A stretch of DNA of 64,000 nt from Macrostomum lignano (GCA_002269645.1 NIVC01000070.1:62001-126000), one strand, 5' to 3'. Counted from the stretch's first letter, positions 25,508 to 39,800 are shown. Notes: generated by a model from the letters alone, not told the origin. Translations and numbers: made by a program.

Positions 25508-25849
25508 TAAGAAAAAGAATTGCAGGCATAGCAGGTACGCTCTAGTAAACAAGACCCGCTGTGCAGGGATCTGTCGAATCGACGTCCATTAGCCCGGAAA
25601 AGGCTCGACATCGAATCGACGGCAAACACACACTCCTCGAGTCGACGGCGATCGGCACAGCGGGGACACACTTGGTAGCATCGGACCAACGGGATTACAG
25701 AAAAAATAATGACTTAATTTTGGCTCAGTGTTTTTTGAAGACTCGAGTGTTTATGACATAATTGACAAGGGTAAGAAATCGTCAAGCCGTAAAAGAGGTC
25801 ACTGATCAGCTCACTGGAAAACTGGTCTGACGACCCCCCAACTACGACA

Positions 25850-26030
25850 CAGAGAGTGTACAGTGTACATGCCTGACGATTAGAAAGTCAGGACCGGTGT
25901 ACACCCTATGTGAGCTTGCGTGTGCATGAGTGCGTGCCTGCGTACAGTATTGGCGCGCTTGCATGTGCTCAAGAGTCAGCGGAATGGGCAGAATTGGCTC
26001 AGCGCTGCTTGTGGCAAGGGTGTCCTCAAT
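25850..26030 (+). mobile_element. Decayed 3' part of SINE family B
   Basis: Similar to 58480-58660 (tgtacatgcctgacgat...cggaatgggcag...cgctgcttgtgg). Confidence 0.55.
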
Positions 26031-26636
26031 CAGAATTTTAAGCAATGCAGACCTAGAACATGCACGCGTCATTGGGTCTCTTGGTTTCGATTAATTTCCA
26101 TCGATATTGTAGTCTGGTTAAGACTGGATTAAAATAACTGCTGTAGAAACTTACAAGAGTGATTCAAGTACAATACCTCAGATTTTTTAAGTTTTCATTT
26201 ATATACCGTATGCACATTTAAAATGGATAGGCTCGTGACTTTAACCATGCCTTGGAACCTCTTACCAAAATGATCTGTTCTTTACCAACTACTCAATGCT
26301 TGCATTTGCTTTAAAGAAAAGCAGTCTCGAGTCGCTTTTGAATGATATCTGTACGTTAAATTTGCTTTGTTTCTGAGACGTTTATTCTAAAGAAAATTCA
26401 GGTAAGAAATCAGTCCGAAGGGCTTTTTAGCGACAGTAAAATCAAAGTCAGAAAGAGGAGACCGTTTATTGATTTTGTCCACGGTCGACCCTGCCTCACG
26501 GGTTCGCCAAGCCAGACTGAGTACTCTGTGCAGTACTTCGATTGCATTACATTATTTTAAAAAAAACTCAAAATCCACATAAAGTCAATCGCGACAGAGT
26601 TTTACTGATTTTTCAGCTGAAGCAGCGCCAGCAGCA

Positions 26637-27645
26637 TCAGCACCCGCAGCCGCGTGACTTTGCGTTCTGTTCCCCTTCAGGGTCTGTAACCTTCTGTAAC
26701 AGTAAGAGGTGAGATGATGCTAGCTAATAAATGGAAGAAAAAGACAATCGCAAATTTTCATTCTCAAAACTCACCTCAGTTCTTCCGGCTGGGTAAATAT
26801 AGAGAAAAAAGCTGCCGATGATGATGAACAGGACAGGTGCGCACACACCAATCACTACCTTGCTGGTTGTAGTCAGGCCGCTGTCTTGAGGAGATTAGGA
26901 ATAAGGAGCATGACATGAGCTTTTCAACTTTAAAAAATTGAAAATGGCAATTTTTTTTATTTTATGGCACAATTGATTACCGCAATCGTAGAGGCAGTAG
27001 GTTGGATTCGTTGGATCGTTGGATTCTGCATTCCAAACTTTATCACTACATCTGGTGCCTTAGTAAGAGGTGAAAGAGTTTAAAGAAATTTTTAATGGAG
27101 ATTTTGTGCATTAACCGAATTTTGCAATAAGAAAATATTTAAAAAAGGTTTTACCAGTATAACCGGTAGGGCAGCTGCAGTTAAAGTACGGATCGGTGTA
27201 AGTCAGAGTGCAGTTGCCGTCATTCAGGCACACAGGCAGCTCATTGATGCCCTTGTCAGGTTGCAGGGTGAAGCAGTAGTCTGCAGCAGATCGGCAGTAC
27301 GGTGCGATGTAGGGCAGCGGGCAGAGACAGGGCGGGCTGTCTGTGTAGTTGTTGCAGGTGCCGCCGTTGTCGCAGGTGACAGTTGAGCAGTTCGCTGCCT
27401 GAGTTGGTGCTGCAAATTTTATCATCTTCATTTTTTGGCAAGCTTTTATCACACAGTAACTGTGAAAATTCAGTTAGTTGCAGCAATGCTTTTCTACGAA
27501 TGTGAAAGAAGTGAAATTCAAGAATTCGATTGTTTTATTCTGCAAAGAAGTATTATGAAGAAGCTGCTTGGCTTAACTTACCAATTGCAAAAGATGATAA
27601 AACATGCAGACTGCCGGCAATGCGAATTAACTGCAGTGCTGTCAT
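26637..27645 (-). CDS. EGF-EGF cluster gene g4: signal peptide, 2 EGF, short Cys-containing stalk, TM, short tail ending GCGC*
   Basis: Exons 27645-27582, 27409-27155, 27058-26981, 26884-26775 (TM VVIGVCAPVLFIIIGSFFLYIY), 26693-26637. Confidence 0.8.
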
Positions 27646-28339
27646 TTTCAATTCTTTGGAAAAGACGGCTTAAGCTCAGATAAAAATGGTGCGAATCCCT
27701 GTAATGTAATTTTATTCTTCTTGAACTACGAGTATGCAGTACGAGTACCTGCGAGCTTGTAGACTGTCGCACTTTCGCTCAACCCAAAATGAAACAGTTT
27801 TTCTGTGTGAGCAAGCTCTTTATGAGCATACCGTATATCTGAGCTGCAGACTGTTTTTTCTATGAATACAATTGCAAAAAGACGAAAAAAATGGACGAAT
27901 ATGCAGCAGGAATGTATAGCGATGCTTGCCGTATTAAAATGTACGCGAGTTACATTTTTTCTCGAGAACATCATTGTGCTCTTGCGAATTCATCTGCGTC
28001 TCCACGATTTTGCTTCGGAAACTTCTTTCTCTTTGATGCTCACTAAATTTCTCTGACCGCGAGACCCCCCCCCCCAACAAAAACTTAAAACCTTTTCAGC
28101 TCGAAAGTCACTGGCATGAATTTTACTGTTATGATACAGTCTAGAAAATTGATTTTGGCCATAAATGGACTCACCTTAGCAAATGTATATCTGGTATTTG
28201 CAAGTATGAGTATAATGCAGCGTGCTGGGGTGGAACTATCATTTTTTGTCTGTTGCAATGCGTACCAGAGCTTTTTCTTTGAAATCTACATCGGTTCGAA
28301 ACTTTACCTCGGTGGCAACTCTAAAAATTGCTTCTCTTC

Positions 28340-28670
28340 TCTATGGTAGTTGTGGAGCTCCTACCCAACCGCCAGAGGTCGGTGGTCGATACCCTACTGC
28401 TCTACAAAGCCAAGATGTTGACACTGACGGACCTGGATCTGCTTACATGATCGGCGATGAGCGAGATACTTTTGCGCCATTCCATCACCCCGCCGGCCTG
28501 GTCCGTTCAAAGTGACATTTTGTGCTTTCCAGTAATTCAAGCTGGCAGGGCACATCATCCGCGCTGAATTGTACTGCCCACATCCGGTGCGTAAGGTGCT
28601 GCTGCTGATTATGCAGGCACCCTACCGACGCCGACAGACTGGCGCCGGCGTCTTGAATTCGGTCGTAGCC
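28340..28670 (+). mobile_element. Degenerate 3' remnant of a non-LTR (RTE-like) retrotransposon
   Basis: One frame reads KLAGHIIRAELYCPHPVRKVLLL..Q.PYRR, typical of the C-terminus after the LINE RT domain; stops and frameshifts present. Confidence 0.5.
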
Positions 28671-29253
28671 TAGCCTAAAAGTCGTGACAATTCTGCTTCA
28701 GTATTTCTGAATACCTAAACTATCTGCGTATTTTTGTTGCTGTTTGCCTTCGGCATTTACTAGAAGTTCCGAAAAACGTTTACCTTAGCATCTTTATGAG
28801 ATTAAAGTAATCGTTTAGCTGGATACCATCTTTATCATTCAGCGTTTCTATGCTTGGAGCCACCATGGCACAAATTTCGGTACTACAGGTGACGCAGGGT
28901 TTCCTGGGGAGTCTTGAAAAAGTCCTTGATGTCGCGAACATACGAATGGGTAGTTTAATGAGCTAATTGGTTTCTATTAAGATTACTATTGTAGTGAGTT
29001 GCAAGTGTACATATATGCGCTAGTCGCTAGAGCTGAGTTAGGGGGGTTGCTTGTAATACACCAGGGTTTACAGATAAAGCAGAGAATATCATGGATAAAA
29101 TACCAAACTGTGTATTTATTTTATTTTATTTTATGAAGGCGAATATATGCATGGTAAATTATAGAAAAACAATCTAGACAAATTTTGAATAGGAAACATG
29201 TGTTGCTAGCGTATTGTAGCAGTCTTCACCACGTTGTCATCAAAAGTGGATTA

Positions 29254-32013
29254 CTAATAAAGTTGCGATGAGCTGCTCGGACTTCCATATACGTAGTGTG
29301 ACCATGGCATGTTCTCTTGAATCTGAAAGCAAAAAAAGAAAAAGGTTTAGTTCTTGAACCAAAAAGAGAAATATATATTTATAATATAAATTACCCTGGG
29401 CTGCCGTGGAGCCGTGGAACTATTCATTGACACAAAATTGTATATCGCAGCGATAAACAGGGTGACCGTCACCAACACTAACGGAAGAAAAACGCTGACA
29501 ATCATCAGCCCGATGTCCTCCCTCATGGTTGATGCTTTGATGCCTAGAGAAGTGTGAGTTTGGAATTATTATTCAGCGCTGAGCGTCATCTGAACTACTA
29601 GGGGGGACGATTGTCTCTCATGACAGTTTGACAACGTGACAAGTACAGTGTACCATAATAATACGTTATACTGCATCATTTAACCCATTAAAAATCCTAA
29701 ATGTCTTTTAATAATAGGCATAAATGCCAGCTAGATAGTTTGATACAGAACCCCCAGTTCTATCTAACCGATTTCAACAGGTAGGGAAAACTGTAGTAGC
29801 ATATAAAAATCCTTTCATTACCAAACGAATCGGCTGCAGGCAAGAAATGTCACGAAAATAAACTGGGTTTGATTTAGGCACTATTTCCCCTAACTTTATG
29901 CCAGTATCAGCATCATACATCTGTTGAAAGACTTACTTCTTGGTCTGGCCGTTGACATGACAACTTTTGAAGTAGGCGAATCACTTGTAGAACTAGTAAT
30001 TGTTGATTGAGTCGTCGCTTCTGACCACGACGATGTTGACTCAACTACCGGAGGCATTGACTCGGTGCTAACTGACGGCACCATGGTTGCTGTTGAAGTC
30101 GGAGGGGCTGTTGTTGAATCTTTAACTACTGTCGTTGAATGTGATGTAAGGTCTGTCAGTGGAACCGGTGTTGTATAAGAATTCGCGATTGATGCTGTCG
30201 ATGCCGCAGTCGCTGGGGAAAGAGTCGGCATTTCAGAACTCTCGCTTGTAGACGCAAGTGTTGAAGAAATCACTGGAGACGTCGAAACTGCTTGAACCGT
30301 TGAAGCGGTGCTATACACAGGTGACTCTACGGTGGTTGATTTTAATTGAGTCGGTATTGATGAAAAATCTGTGGCTGATTCTGTCGTTGCTGAAACAGTT
30401 GGCAGGGCAGTAGATGCAGACTGAGCAGGAGTTGCTAGAGCAGATGTAGTTGCATCAGGTGTTGTTGAAGCAGCTGTTGCATCAGTTGTTGCATCAGGTG
30501 TTGTTGAAGCTGCTGTTGCATCAGTTGTTGCATCAGGTGTTGTTGAAGCTGCTGTTGCATCAGTTGTTGCATCAGGTGTTGTTGAAGCTGCTGTTGCATC
30601 AGTTGTTGCATCAGGTGTTGTTGAAGCTGCTGTTGCATCAGTTGTTGCATCAGGTGTTGTTGAAGCTGCTGTTGCATCAGTTGTTGCATCAGGTGTTGTT
30701 GAAGCTGCTGTTGCATCAGTTGTTGCATCAGGTGTTGTTGAAGCTGCTGTTGCATCAGTTGTTGCATCAGGTGTTGTTGAAGCTGCTGTTGCATCAGTTG
30801 TTGCATCAGGTGTTGTTGAAGCTGCTGTTGCATCAGTTGTTGCATCAGGTGTTGTTGAAGCTGCTGTTGCATCAGTTGTTGCATCAGGTGTTGTTGCACC
30901 AGGTGTTGTTGCACCAGGTGTTGAAACATCAGGTGCTGTTGCACCAGGTGTTGAAACATCAGCTGCTGTTGCACCAGGTGTTAAAACATCAGGTGTTGTT
31001 GCACCAGGTGTTGAATCAGCAAGTGTTGTTGCACTAGGTGTTGAATCATCAGGTGTTGTTGTACCAGGCGTCAAAGCAAAAGTTGTCGCGAGATCAAGTG
31101 TTAGTGAAACAGGTGTTAGTGCATCAGGTGTTGATGGAGCAGTTGCTATTTCACCAGGTGTTGAATCATCAGATGTTGAGGCATCAGATGTTCCTAGAAA
31201 AGCTGTTGTTGCATCAGGTGTTGCTGCACCAGGTGTTTGATAATCAGATGTTGTTTCAGCAGGTGTTAAAATATCGCTCGTTGAGGCTTCTGTTGTTGCT
31301 GATAAAGATGATGATGTCTCATTAGCTGAGTCTCCAGCAGCTACAGTGCCCGTGTATGGGTTAGTCGCTGTTTCAGTGTTGATTGTTGTTTCAATTGTTG
31401 AATTATCAATTTCACAGCGCGGACCTGAAAACCGTAAATATGAAATTACGAGCCGTATATATTTTAATGCTTTGATTTCGAGTTCACGTACAGAGTATGA
31501 CCGAAACTCGTTTTGGTCATACTCAAAACTACATGAGCAGCTAAAGGTGTAATCCAGTGTACAAGTAAGATAGAAAAGCATATGTAATGTTTCTCGATAC
31601 AAAATATTTCAACCGAACCTGTGGACTCAGGTGGGCAGGTGCAATTGAAATAGGGATCAGTATAGGTCAGAGTGCAGTTGCCGTCATTCAGGCACACAGG
31701 CAGCTCAGTGATGTTCTTGTCAGGCTGCAGGGTGAAGCAGTAGTCTGCTGCTGATTCGCAGTAAGGTGCGATGTAGGGCAGCGGGCAGAGGCAGGGCGGG
31801 CTGTCTGTGAAGTTGTTGCAGGTGCCGCCGTTGAAGCAGGTGATTGCTGAGCAGTTGGCAGCTTGTGATGCTGCTGCAATCAGTTGAATAGGGTTTTACT
31901 TGTCTATTAAAGTGGAATGCCAAAAGAGTGATCAGAAAGTTTTTTCAAAAGGCCTCACTTGAGCAGAAAGTCAACATGACGGTCAGTGCTATGCAGAGTT
32001 TTGCCGCAGCCAT
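29254..32013 (-). CDS. EGF-EGF cluster gene g5: signal peptide, 2 EGF, about 500-aa mucin stalk, TM, short Tyr-containing tail
   Basis: Exons 32013-31959 (MAAAKLCIALTVMLTFCS), 31873-31619, 31424-29937 (mucin, about 11 x TTPDATTDATAAS), 29543-29395 (TM), 29322-29254 (...YVYGSPSSSSQLY*). Confidence 0.85.
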
Positions 32014-33895
32014 TGTTAATCTAGTATGAGCCTTCGCGCAGCAAAAATATAAGTAGCTGGCAAATAGCCAGGTCTTGCTTACATTCTCTTTTTGAGTAGG
32101 AAAATTGCATTGCACGAACTGCAGAAAATGGCTACTATTTTTGTATTCTTTAACGAGCGCATAGCCTAGTTGGCTGGCACAATGGCAGGTGCAGAGTTGA
32201 AATACCAGGATAAGAATCTCATAAGTAGGGCTGGGTGCACACATTCTCGCTTTTACTCGAGACACAAATCCGCAAGGCTAGGGCTCGGTCTGGGTTTTCA
32301 GTCGAACAGAATGCAGTACTTTGTACGCACGCATAGGTTTGCCAACTCAGCTACTAAAAAGATGCCGAACTCGTGAATAATAAGTAGACTCGTTGTGGCT
32401 GAGCATGGACAACAAACCTGAAGTTCGCTAAACTCCAGCAAAATACATTAGCGGGATCGGAAGTTTTCATTTTTTCGTACTACGAAGCTACGAGCTAACT
32501 TTCACTGTCTCACTGTCTGGACTTTCGACTAAATGAATAAAGCATGCGTGTTGTTACAATTTTGTCGAGAAAATGTTTGAAATATTATGATTAAACATTT
32601 GTGTTTTCTAAAAGGAGTTCGCAAGGATTCGATGTTTTGCAAAGCAACTAAAAGTACACTGAAGAGACAGCAGCAGTTGAATTTCGCGGGAACTTGTGCA
32701 CTTCGAGTGGGAAACATACCTGTTTTGTTTAGAATTCGGAGGTCCAGTGCTGATATACTGAGAATTAAGTCAAGTTTATGAATTAATTTTTAATCATTGA
32801 TGTAAAATCCTTTCCAAAGCACTCAAAACAAAGAAGTTCTTGAAAGAAGAAGCAAATAATTTCAAGCAATCTGGCAGGCATATTATTGCAACATGACCCT
32901 TTCATCTTCTTTGTAATCTTTGAATCGTTTTTCATTGTTTCTCGAGACTTCCTGCGAGCTGAGACTTGAATTTAACGCCATGATTAGTCTGTTCAGGACT
33001 TCTGTCACGAAAAATGCTTCATTTAGAGGTTAGATGAGGTGACAAAGACAGCAACAACAGAACGTGAAGGACAGCGACTACAAGGAATCAGCCACCTGGC
33101 ACGACGAATAGTATATTTTGCATCAGGTGTTAAAAGTTGTGAGAAATACAAGAAATACGAGAATACAACTTGAGCAGTTAAGCGAAATCGCTAATAAAGC
33201 ACAACTTGGGGGCTTAAAAGCCAAGCGCCGTGCAACAACCTCCTATAACGCCAACGTGACCCGGCACGAGGGATCTGTAGCCACACTTTTGAGCAGGTGC
33301 GCTGTCTCTTTGGAGAGTTCAAGACGTCATACCAACAACAGCTTTGATTCGATCACTATATTGGTGTCGAATCATATATCATGGAACATATACAGAGTCA
33401 TGATGTCATCGGTACATACTAGATTAATTATGAAACAAAAAGTCACGGTGTTAGATAAGTTACGGGTAACATTTATTGTTCTTCTACTAATTATAGTCAC
33501 ATGCAAGGACTACTAGACTATCTAGAACGAAGTGTTCCTAGTGGTCCTTGTATACATGTAGGGTAGCGATTAAAATAAATTGAATATATCACAGGAAATT
33601 TGTTATAATATGGAAAATTATTCAAAAAATGGAAAACTTTTTCATTAATTGGAATAAAAAATGAGTCAATTATTTACAAAGAGTTCAATGTGAAGCGATT
33701 TTCAACTAAAAAACTTCATATGTGACGTTCGGTCAAAAATAAAACCTAAAAAAAAGTACAGTAAATAAAAATTGTACTAAATTTTTACTTCTTTTAGTTC
33801 AGACCGGAGAGAAGAAGAAAGTGTACCGTTACAAGCAAGAATAACAACGTATGCAGGATGTAATCCATAAGACAATATGTAAGTAGTTGAATAAG

Positions 33896-36800
33896 TTAAA
33901 AGACATAGGGTATTTTCGCTCTCTTCTGGGGCATTGCGTAGACAACTTCCGCATCTGGCTGATTGTTTTTCTCGGACTCAGGTATTTTCGCTTTCTTCTG
34001 GACCACTGCGTAGACAGCTTCCGCATCTGGCGGATTGTTTTCCTCGGACACAGGAGTTCTGCCACCTGGGCTGCCACCAGCTTCCGTGTCACCGAGAGAT
34101 GTGCCATTGGTTGCTTGGCTGTTAAGTTCGACAGCTTTTGAGTTGTCATTCGGCTGATATTTATTTTCAGTTTCATCAATAATTTCGGTTCCTGTATTCG
34201 GACAGTGAGATTTTGCCGTTGAATCGGCAGTTTCATCCGTAACTGTTGTGCTACTTGGAGCTTCCGACTGCTTCTTGCAAATTGTTTTGCGCTTGCAAAC
34301 TACTACAATGATTACTATTATAAATACGCCTCCGACCGTGCCGCCAGCAGCTGCGACGCCTACAGTGACGGAAGCCTTGGAAAATCCAAGTGCTGAAATT
34401 ACAAAAAAACAGTAGCTATTATTTTTGCCACAATAGAAGATTTTTTTAATTTGAGTTTCATCGAGACACTTACTGTCGTCTTCTTTGTGTCTCTCGTTGC
34501 ATCGAAAGCCTAGAATATTAGTGAATACGGCTTGTAAAACTGATTGTGAAGTTTTAGAGTATCTAAACATATTAAAGCGCAATGCATGTTATACCTTAGT
34601 AATAATAATAATACTAATAATAGATTACACCTGCATTGATGGGCAGATGTGCAACCGACAGCTCAGCCGCAGCTATTGCGCGGCGCATCTGAAGGCTGCG
34701 TACGGCTGTTCAGTCCAAGGACTGGGGGGGGGGGGTCGGCACACAAACCCTCAATTACCCCCAGCTAATAATGCTGGTAACTATTTTGCAGCTGGGTGAA
34801 CCCCAAGACACCCGGATTGCGATGAAATTGGGAATATTGCAATAAAATTGAAATAATTGCCGTAATTGCAATTTTATTTCCCTAAAATTAGTTAAATTGC
34901 AATTCACTTGTGCAAGTCACTTGTAATTATTGCAATTCTACTAAATGCTTTACTCTCTACTTACAGTAGAATACTTAGAATATTAAATTGGACGAATTGC
35001 AATTTGATTGTGAACTTTAACTGTTTTATAATTTTGTGTTAGCGATAAAGGAAATGAGCCAATAACTACAGTTTGGTTAGCCATATTTTGTAAAGATTTG
35101 TTTTAGCATCATTTTAAGGAAAATGTTTATAGTTTGTTTAAGCGATGTATTAAGATTTGCTTTGAGCAAAAATGCTGCAAAATGTCCGCCATGTTTTCTA
35201 TAATCATAAGTTAGCCATACCTAGCCTGAAGTATAGGCTGTATAGCTCTCCATACTTGACTTGTTGTAATAGTTATGAACTCGTCATAATTATAATCAGC
35301 ATTAATTAAAAGGCTAAGCCTGTAAAAGCTAACCAAATAATTATTCTAATAATATTAATTTAGTGCTTTTAATTTCAGTTTCAGTAGCCTAGCCCCTATT
35401 TTATTGTAGGCCTAAGCCTAGTCTTGTGTTGTGCCTCTGTTGTGTGATATGATGACATTTACATTATAAGTATAATCTACATCATAGAGTTGGCCTATTA
35501 TATATAGACTATAGATTGGATAGAGAGGTGGCATGTAAGGCTGGCCCTATAAGATATTACCTGTAAATTTAATGTAACCTAGTTGGCTATGGTAGCAGGC
35601 TTGTGTTGTGTCTTTGTGTTCTGTTGTGTTTTCTTCTAAAAAAAACTAGCAAAGGCCTATTGCTTTGTGATAGTAGCCAAGTGGGTAGGGTAGGTCTAAA
35701 TTGACTTTATTGTATAATAATAATAATGCTGCAAAAAGTGCAAAAATATTCTTATTATTATTATTATTATTGGAATATTAGCAATTAGCTAATTTATTTA
35801 GACAATATGAGCAATTATTAATTGGAATATTGAGGAGCAGGCCTTGGCTATGTGAAGCCTAATATTTAAAAAAAGCAATTGCTTTTTATATTTATAACTA
35901 GCAATCTTTGCCCCCCGATGGGGGACATCTGGATAGAATCCTTGTTCTTTACAAATAACAAATAGACAGCGAAATAAAGCCTTCAGAAAAAACAACAGAC
36001 ATTCCCTCTTAAAAACAAAACATCCCAAGACAGCAAGCATCCTCAGACAATATTCAAGCATTGATCCCCAAATAGCAAGCATCCCCCAGACTGCAAGCAT
36101 CCCCCAGATAGCAAGCATCCCGCAGATAGCAAGCATCCCGCAGATAGCAAGTATCCCCCAGATAGCAAGCATTCCTCAGATAGCAAGCATCCCCCAGATC
36201 GCAAGTATCCCCAGATAGCAAGCATTCCCCCAGACCCCAGATAGCAAGCGTCCCCCAGATAGCAAGCATCCCGCAGATAGCAAGCATCCCCCAGATAGCA
36301 AGCATCCCCCCCAGATAGCAAGCATCCCCCAGATCGCAAGCATCCCCCAGACAGCAAGCAACCCCTGATAGCAAGCATAACCTGGATACAAAGAGACCTT
36401 ATAGATATCTAGCAACCCCCTCTCAGATAGCAAGTACTCTCCACCCCCAAGAGCAAGCATCCCCCTGATAGCAAGTATCCATCCTTAAATAGCAAGCATC
36501 CACCAGAGAACAAGTAGCAAGTGCAACAATTTCCTTAGCTTTATAATGGTTTCCATTTTGTTTGGCATGACACTTCTTTTATGTTTGAAATGGTGTCTCT
36601 TTTTTGTTTAAAAAAGTGGCTCTTTAATGTTTGACATGGTAGCTCTTTTGTGTTTGACATGATAGCTCTTTAATGTTTGACGTGGTGGCCCTTTTGTGTT
36701 TGACATGATAGCTCTTTAATGTTTGACATGGTGGCTCTTCTATGTTTGGCATGGTAGCTCTTTAATGTTGACATGGTGGCTCTTCTATGTTTGACATGGT

Positions 36801-39800
36801 AGCTCTTTAATGTTTGACATGGTGGCTCTTCTATGTTTGGCATGGTAGCTCTTTAATGTTTGACATGGTGGCTCTACTATGTTTGCCATGGCGGCCCTTT
36901 TACGTTTGAAATGGTGTCTCTGTTATGTTTGACATGGTGGCTTAGTTGTTTGACATGGTGGCTCTTCTATGTTTGACATGGTGGCTCTTCTATGTTTGAC
37001 ATGGCGGCCCTTTTACGTTTGACATGGTGGCTCTTTTATGCTCGACATGGTGGCTCTTTTTTGTTTGACATGGTGGCTCTTTTATGTTTGACATGATGGC
37101 TCTTTTATGTTTGACATGGTGGCTCCTTAATGTTGAACATAGTGGCTCTTTAATGTTCGACATGGTGGCTCTTTTATGCTTGACATGATGGCTCTTTTAT
37201 GTTTGACATGGTAGATCTTTTATGTTTGACATGGTGGCTCTTAAATGTTTGAAATGTTGTCTCTGTTATGTTCGACATGGTGGCTCTTGAATGTTTGACA
37301 TGGTGGCTCTTTAATGTTTGATATGGTGGCTCTTTTATGTTTGACATGGTGGCTCTTTTATGTTCGACATGGTGGCTCTTTAATGTTTGACATGGTGGCT
37401 CTTTAATGTTCAACATGGTGGCTCTTTTATGCTCGACATGGTGGCTCTTTTATGTTTGAAATGTTTTCTCTGTTATGTTCGACATGGTGGCTCCTTAATG
37501 TTGAACATAGTGGCTCTTTAATGTTCGACATGGTGGCTCTTTTATGTTTGACATGATGGCTCTTTTATGTTTGACATGGTAGATCTTTTATGTTTGACAT
37601 GGTGGCTCTTAAATGTTTGAAATGTTGTCTCTGTTATGTTCGACATGGTGGCTCTTGAATGTTTGACATGGTGGCTCTTTAATGTTTGATATGGTGGCTC
37701 TTTTATGTTCGACATGGTGGCTCTTTTATGTTCGACATGGTGGCTCTTTAATGTTTGACATGGTGGCTCTTTAATGTTCAACATGGTGGCTCTTTTATGC
37801 TCGACATGGTGGCTCTTTTATGTTTGAAATGTTTTCTCTGTTATGTTCGACATGGTGGCTCTTGAATGTTTGACATGGTGGCTCTTTAATGTTTGACATG
37901 GTGGCTCTTTTATGTTTGACATGGTGGCTCTTTTATGCTCGACATGGTGGCTCTTTTTTGTTTGACATGGTGGCTCTTAAATGTTTGACATGGTGGCTCT
38001 TTAATGTTCGACATGGTGGCTCTTTATTGTTTGACATGGTAGCTCTTTTATATTTTACTTGGTGGCTCTTTAATGTTTGACATGGTGGCTCTTCAATGTT
38101 CAACATGGTGGCTCTTTAATGTTCGACATGGTGGCTCTTTTATGTTTGACATGATGGCTCTTTTATGTTCGACATGGTGGCTCTGTTATGTTCGACATGG
38201 TGGCTCTTGAATGTTTGACATGGTGGCTCTTTAATGTTTGACATGGTGGCTCTTTTATGTTCGACATGGTGGCTCTTTTATGCTCGACATGGTGGCTCTT
38301 TAATGTTTGACATGGTGGCTCTTTTATGATTGACATGGTGGCTCTTTTATATTTTACTTGGTGGCTCTTTAATGTTTGACATGGTGGCTCTTCAATGTTC
38401 AACATGGTGGCTCTTTAATGTTCGACATGGTGGCTCTTTTATGTTTGACATGATGGCTCTTTTATGTTCGACATGGTGGCTCTGTTATGTTCGACATGGT
38501 GGCTCTTGAATGTTTGACATGGTGGCTCTTTAATGTTTGACATGGTGGCTCTTTTATGTTCAACATGGTGGCTCTTTTATGCTCGACATGGTGGCTCTTT
38601 AATGTTTGACATGGTGGCTCTTTTATGATTGACATGGTGGCTCTTTTATGTTTGAAATGGTGGCTCTTTTATGTTTGAAATGGTGGCTCTTTTATGTTTG
38701 AAATGGTGTCTCTTCTGTGTTCGACATGGTGGCACTTTTATGTTTGGCATGGTGGCTTTTTTATATTTGACATTGTTCTTCTTTTATGTTTAGCATTTTG
38801 TGTTTTAAAGTGTTTTAATAAAAAAATGTTTTTGCACTACTAAGATTCGAACCCAGGTCGCTACATTAGCAGTCCAGTCTGTTCGCATCTTGGCTATCTC
38901 TTTTCAATTGGAGAACATGAATTGTGGCCCTTATAATTCAATTCTTATAGCAAGTCAGTTAGAGTAAAAAGTTATGACATAATCAATTTCTCAGTCAGCC
39001 AGTATCAGTCTCAATTCAAGTTAGAAATATGGTTACGCATTTACATTCAAGTCTTGTGTGCATTTTTTCGACACTGTTTTCATCTTGTTGTGATGCAATC
39101 TTTATCACAATTGAAATTCAGTCAGTCAGTTTTTTCTTTCGCATTTTTACAATGCATTTCAGGTCGAAAGAGCTGCTTGACCTTTGCAAAAAAGCATGTT
39201 TTTCGAATATTTAATCCCTTTAAAATTGAGCAATTTCTTAGCCAAGATGCATGTACCGTCCCAGGAAAATTTCTGATCAAATGGTGCAAGTTTGAAGAAA
39301 ATCGGTTGAGCCATTTTTTCTGATATCTATCGCATAGCTAGTTAGTTACAGACATTTCATTTTTAGTATATAGGATTTGCTTTGCCTAATTGGCCTTTAA
39401 ATTTTACTCATAGCTTATAAACCCAAGTATAGTTATAGGTATAATATAGCCTAGCAAAGCTTTTCATTAGCTTAGCTTTCTTAACTTTAGTGTCCAAGAC
39501 TTATATTATGGCTATAATGGACTTGCCACCTAGGCTATCTTATCCAACTATTCTAAATGTCTTTTTATTCTATTATTATATTCTATTTAAATATTATTTA
39601 GGACTCTATTATTTAAAACCATAATATAGCCTAAATCATAATTTATTTAGTGTCTTTAGTAGGCATAATGCACCTTTTCATGATCAATTTTGATCAAAAT
39701 CCAATTCTAAAAAACTAGCAGAAATTCAATTTAGACAATTCAGACTAGGCCTAGCCGCCTAGGGCAATACTTGTGGAAAATCAATAAAACAAAATCTAGT

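Noticed and set aside
27725-27750. ACGAGTA motif near several gene starts as a shared promoter element
   Set aside because: About nine occurrences counted by eye in 64 kb is close to chance for a 7-mer, and several lie in introns or intergenic DNA.
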